A stretch of 16,212 bases of DNA from Candidatus Hadarchaeota archaeon (GTDB taxonomy: Archaea > CAYQAE01 > CAYVLA01), in assembly GCA_964452145.1 (NCBI GenBank), contig CAYVLA010000072.1:1-16212 (forward strand). Direction: 5' to 3'. Under the pieces are notes generated by a model. The model made no database searches. It was not told the origin of the DNA and was given only the letters and a program-made list of their open reading frames with translations. Position 1 is the first letter of the stretch, and each line of letters begins with the position of its first letter. Below are positions 15,272-16,212 of this stretch, one piece after another. The position numbers were made by a program, and so were the translations under genes.

Positions 15272-15803
15272 GGAAATCCCACGAAAATCCGTGAAAATGC
15301 CGAGGAAATGTCTTTCCCCGCACCCATGACCCTGCTCTGGCGCAGGAGGCCCATGCCTTTCCGAGGAAACTGAGATGGGAGGCCAGCATGGCCACTGACA
15401 GATTCCCAGATTTCGATCCATTGGGCGGTGGCATCTACGAGAACACGGCCTTTGCCCGGGTGGGCGATACTTAACGTCCCGACCTTCAGGTCAACCGGAT
15501 CAGGATCAGCGCAAGGTGTCTCGGCGGCCCCACCAACCCATACGCCGAGGATGAGAGATACCCGGGAGATTATGCCATCCGTCTTATCGATGTCCTCATC
15601 AGGATGTAGAACTAACGGATGTGCGGAGGCGCTCCGCTTGCCTGCAGCATGCGTCTTCCCGGCCAAGGCAGGGGCCACCTTGCGGTCGCGCAATCAGACA
15701 AAACCGTTTTCACCAGCGATGAGGAATCCTGGTCAGGGTTCTCACCGACTCTCAAGGCCTTGTTAGGCCGGGATGTGGCATGCGCGGAGGAGGTCGCAAA
15801 GTG

Positions 15804-16212
15804 ATGGTTGACGAGGATCGGGTTCTCATGGGGATGGGGATCGAGTCCGTCCGCAGGAGCGCGGCCGAGACCGAGGTTCTTACGCCCGGAGCCCGTGTGA
15901 GGCTCCGAGACGATGGTTGGCTTCATGTCCACCAACGAATCGGTGCTAGGCGGAAGCTTCTGAGCTGCCATCTACCCGCCAATCTTTCCCCGTTGCACTT
16001 GTCGCGAAGGTCGGCCTTCCTTTGCGTCTTCGCCGGCAACGGCCTTAGCCTCACCATTCAGGGGGACTCGGTGCTGATCTTCGCTCCCCAGCAGCACATG
16101 CGCTTGACTTTCCTGGGCCATTTCCGGCCATGCTACAGCCAAGAGGTCCGCGGGAACCGTCTACTGCTGGATTCGAAGGGCGGTTGTGGCTTCTTCGGAA
16201 TCCCTCCCAGAC
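15804..16212 (+). CDS. Hypothetical protein (runs off the right edge)
   Basis: Not in the ORF track. SD GGAGGAGG (15786-15793) then GTG 15801 / ATG 15804; open for 136 codons to the window end: MVDEDRVLMGMGIESVRRS...LSLTIQGDSVLIFAPQQHMRLTFLGHFRPCYSQEVRGNRLLLDSKGGCGFFGIPPR. Confidence 0.7.
   Translation, partial: MVDEDRVLMGMGIESVRRSAAETEVLTPGARVRLRDDGWLHVHQRIGARRKLLSCHLPANLSPLHLSRRSAFLCVFAGNGLSLTIQGDSVLIFAPQQHMRLTFLGHFRPCYSQEVRGNRLLLDSKGGCGFFGIPPR

Noticed and set aside
1..16212. CRISPR array, integrase/transposase, or att repeat of either tRNA 3' end
   Set aside because: None seen by eye within the window; an att partner could lie outside it.

Overview
Archaeal chromosomal window, GC-rich, with TATA/BRE promoters and archaeal-type enzymes. 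The core holds a gluconeogenesis cluster (FBP aldolase/phosphatase, archaeal triosephosphate isomerase, PfkB sugar kinase) and a minus-strand run of HTH/Zn-ribbon regulator, nfnA, nfnB, a membrane-anchored protein and a thioredoxin. It also holds a Thermococcales-like rpa1-rpa3-rpa2 operon, a VapBC pair and an FAD-dependent oxidoreductase. The main observation, invisible in the ORF track, is two tRNA genes with non-canonical introns. tRNA-Gln(UUG) at 10177-10321(-) is split into four exons by three bulge-helix-bulge (BHB) introns at positions 10/11, 37/38 and 53/54, and its predicted leader duplicates its acceptor strand. tRNA-Arg(UCU) at 3359-3449(-) has a 16-nt intron at 29/30. Other leads are a possible AUU start for rpa2, palindromes around the fbp promoter, hairpin-dense intergenic blocks, a Trm112-like fusion protein at the left edge and several gene remnants. 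All calls come from reading the sequence; no searches were run.
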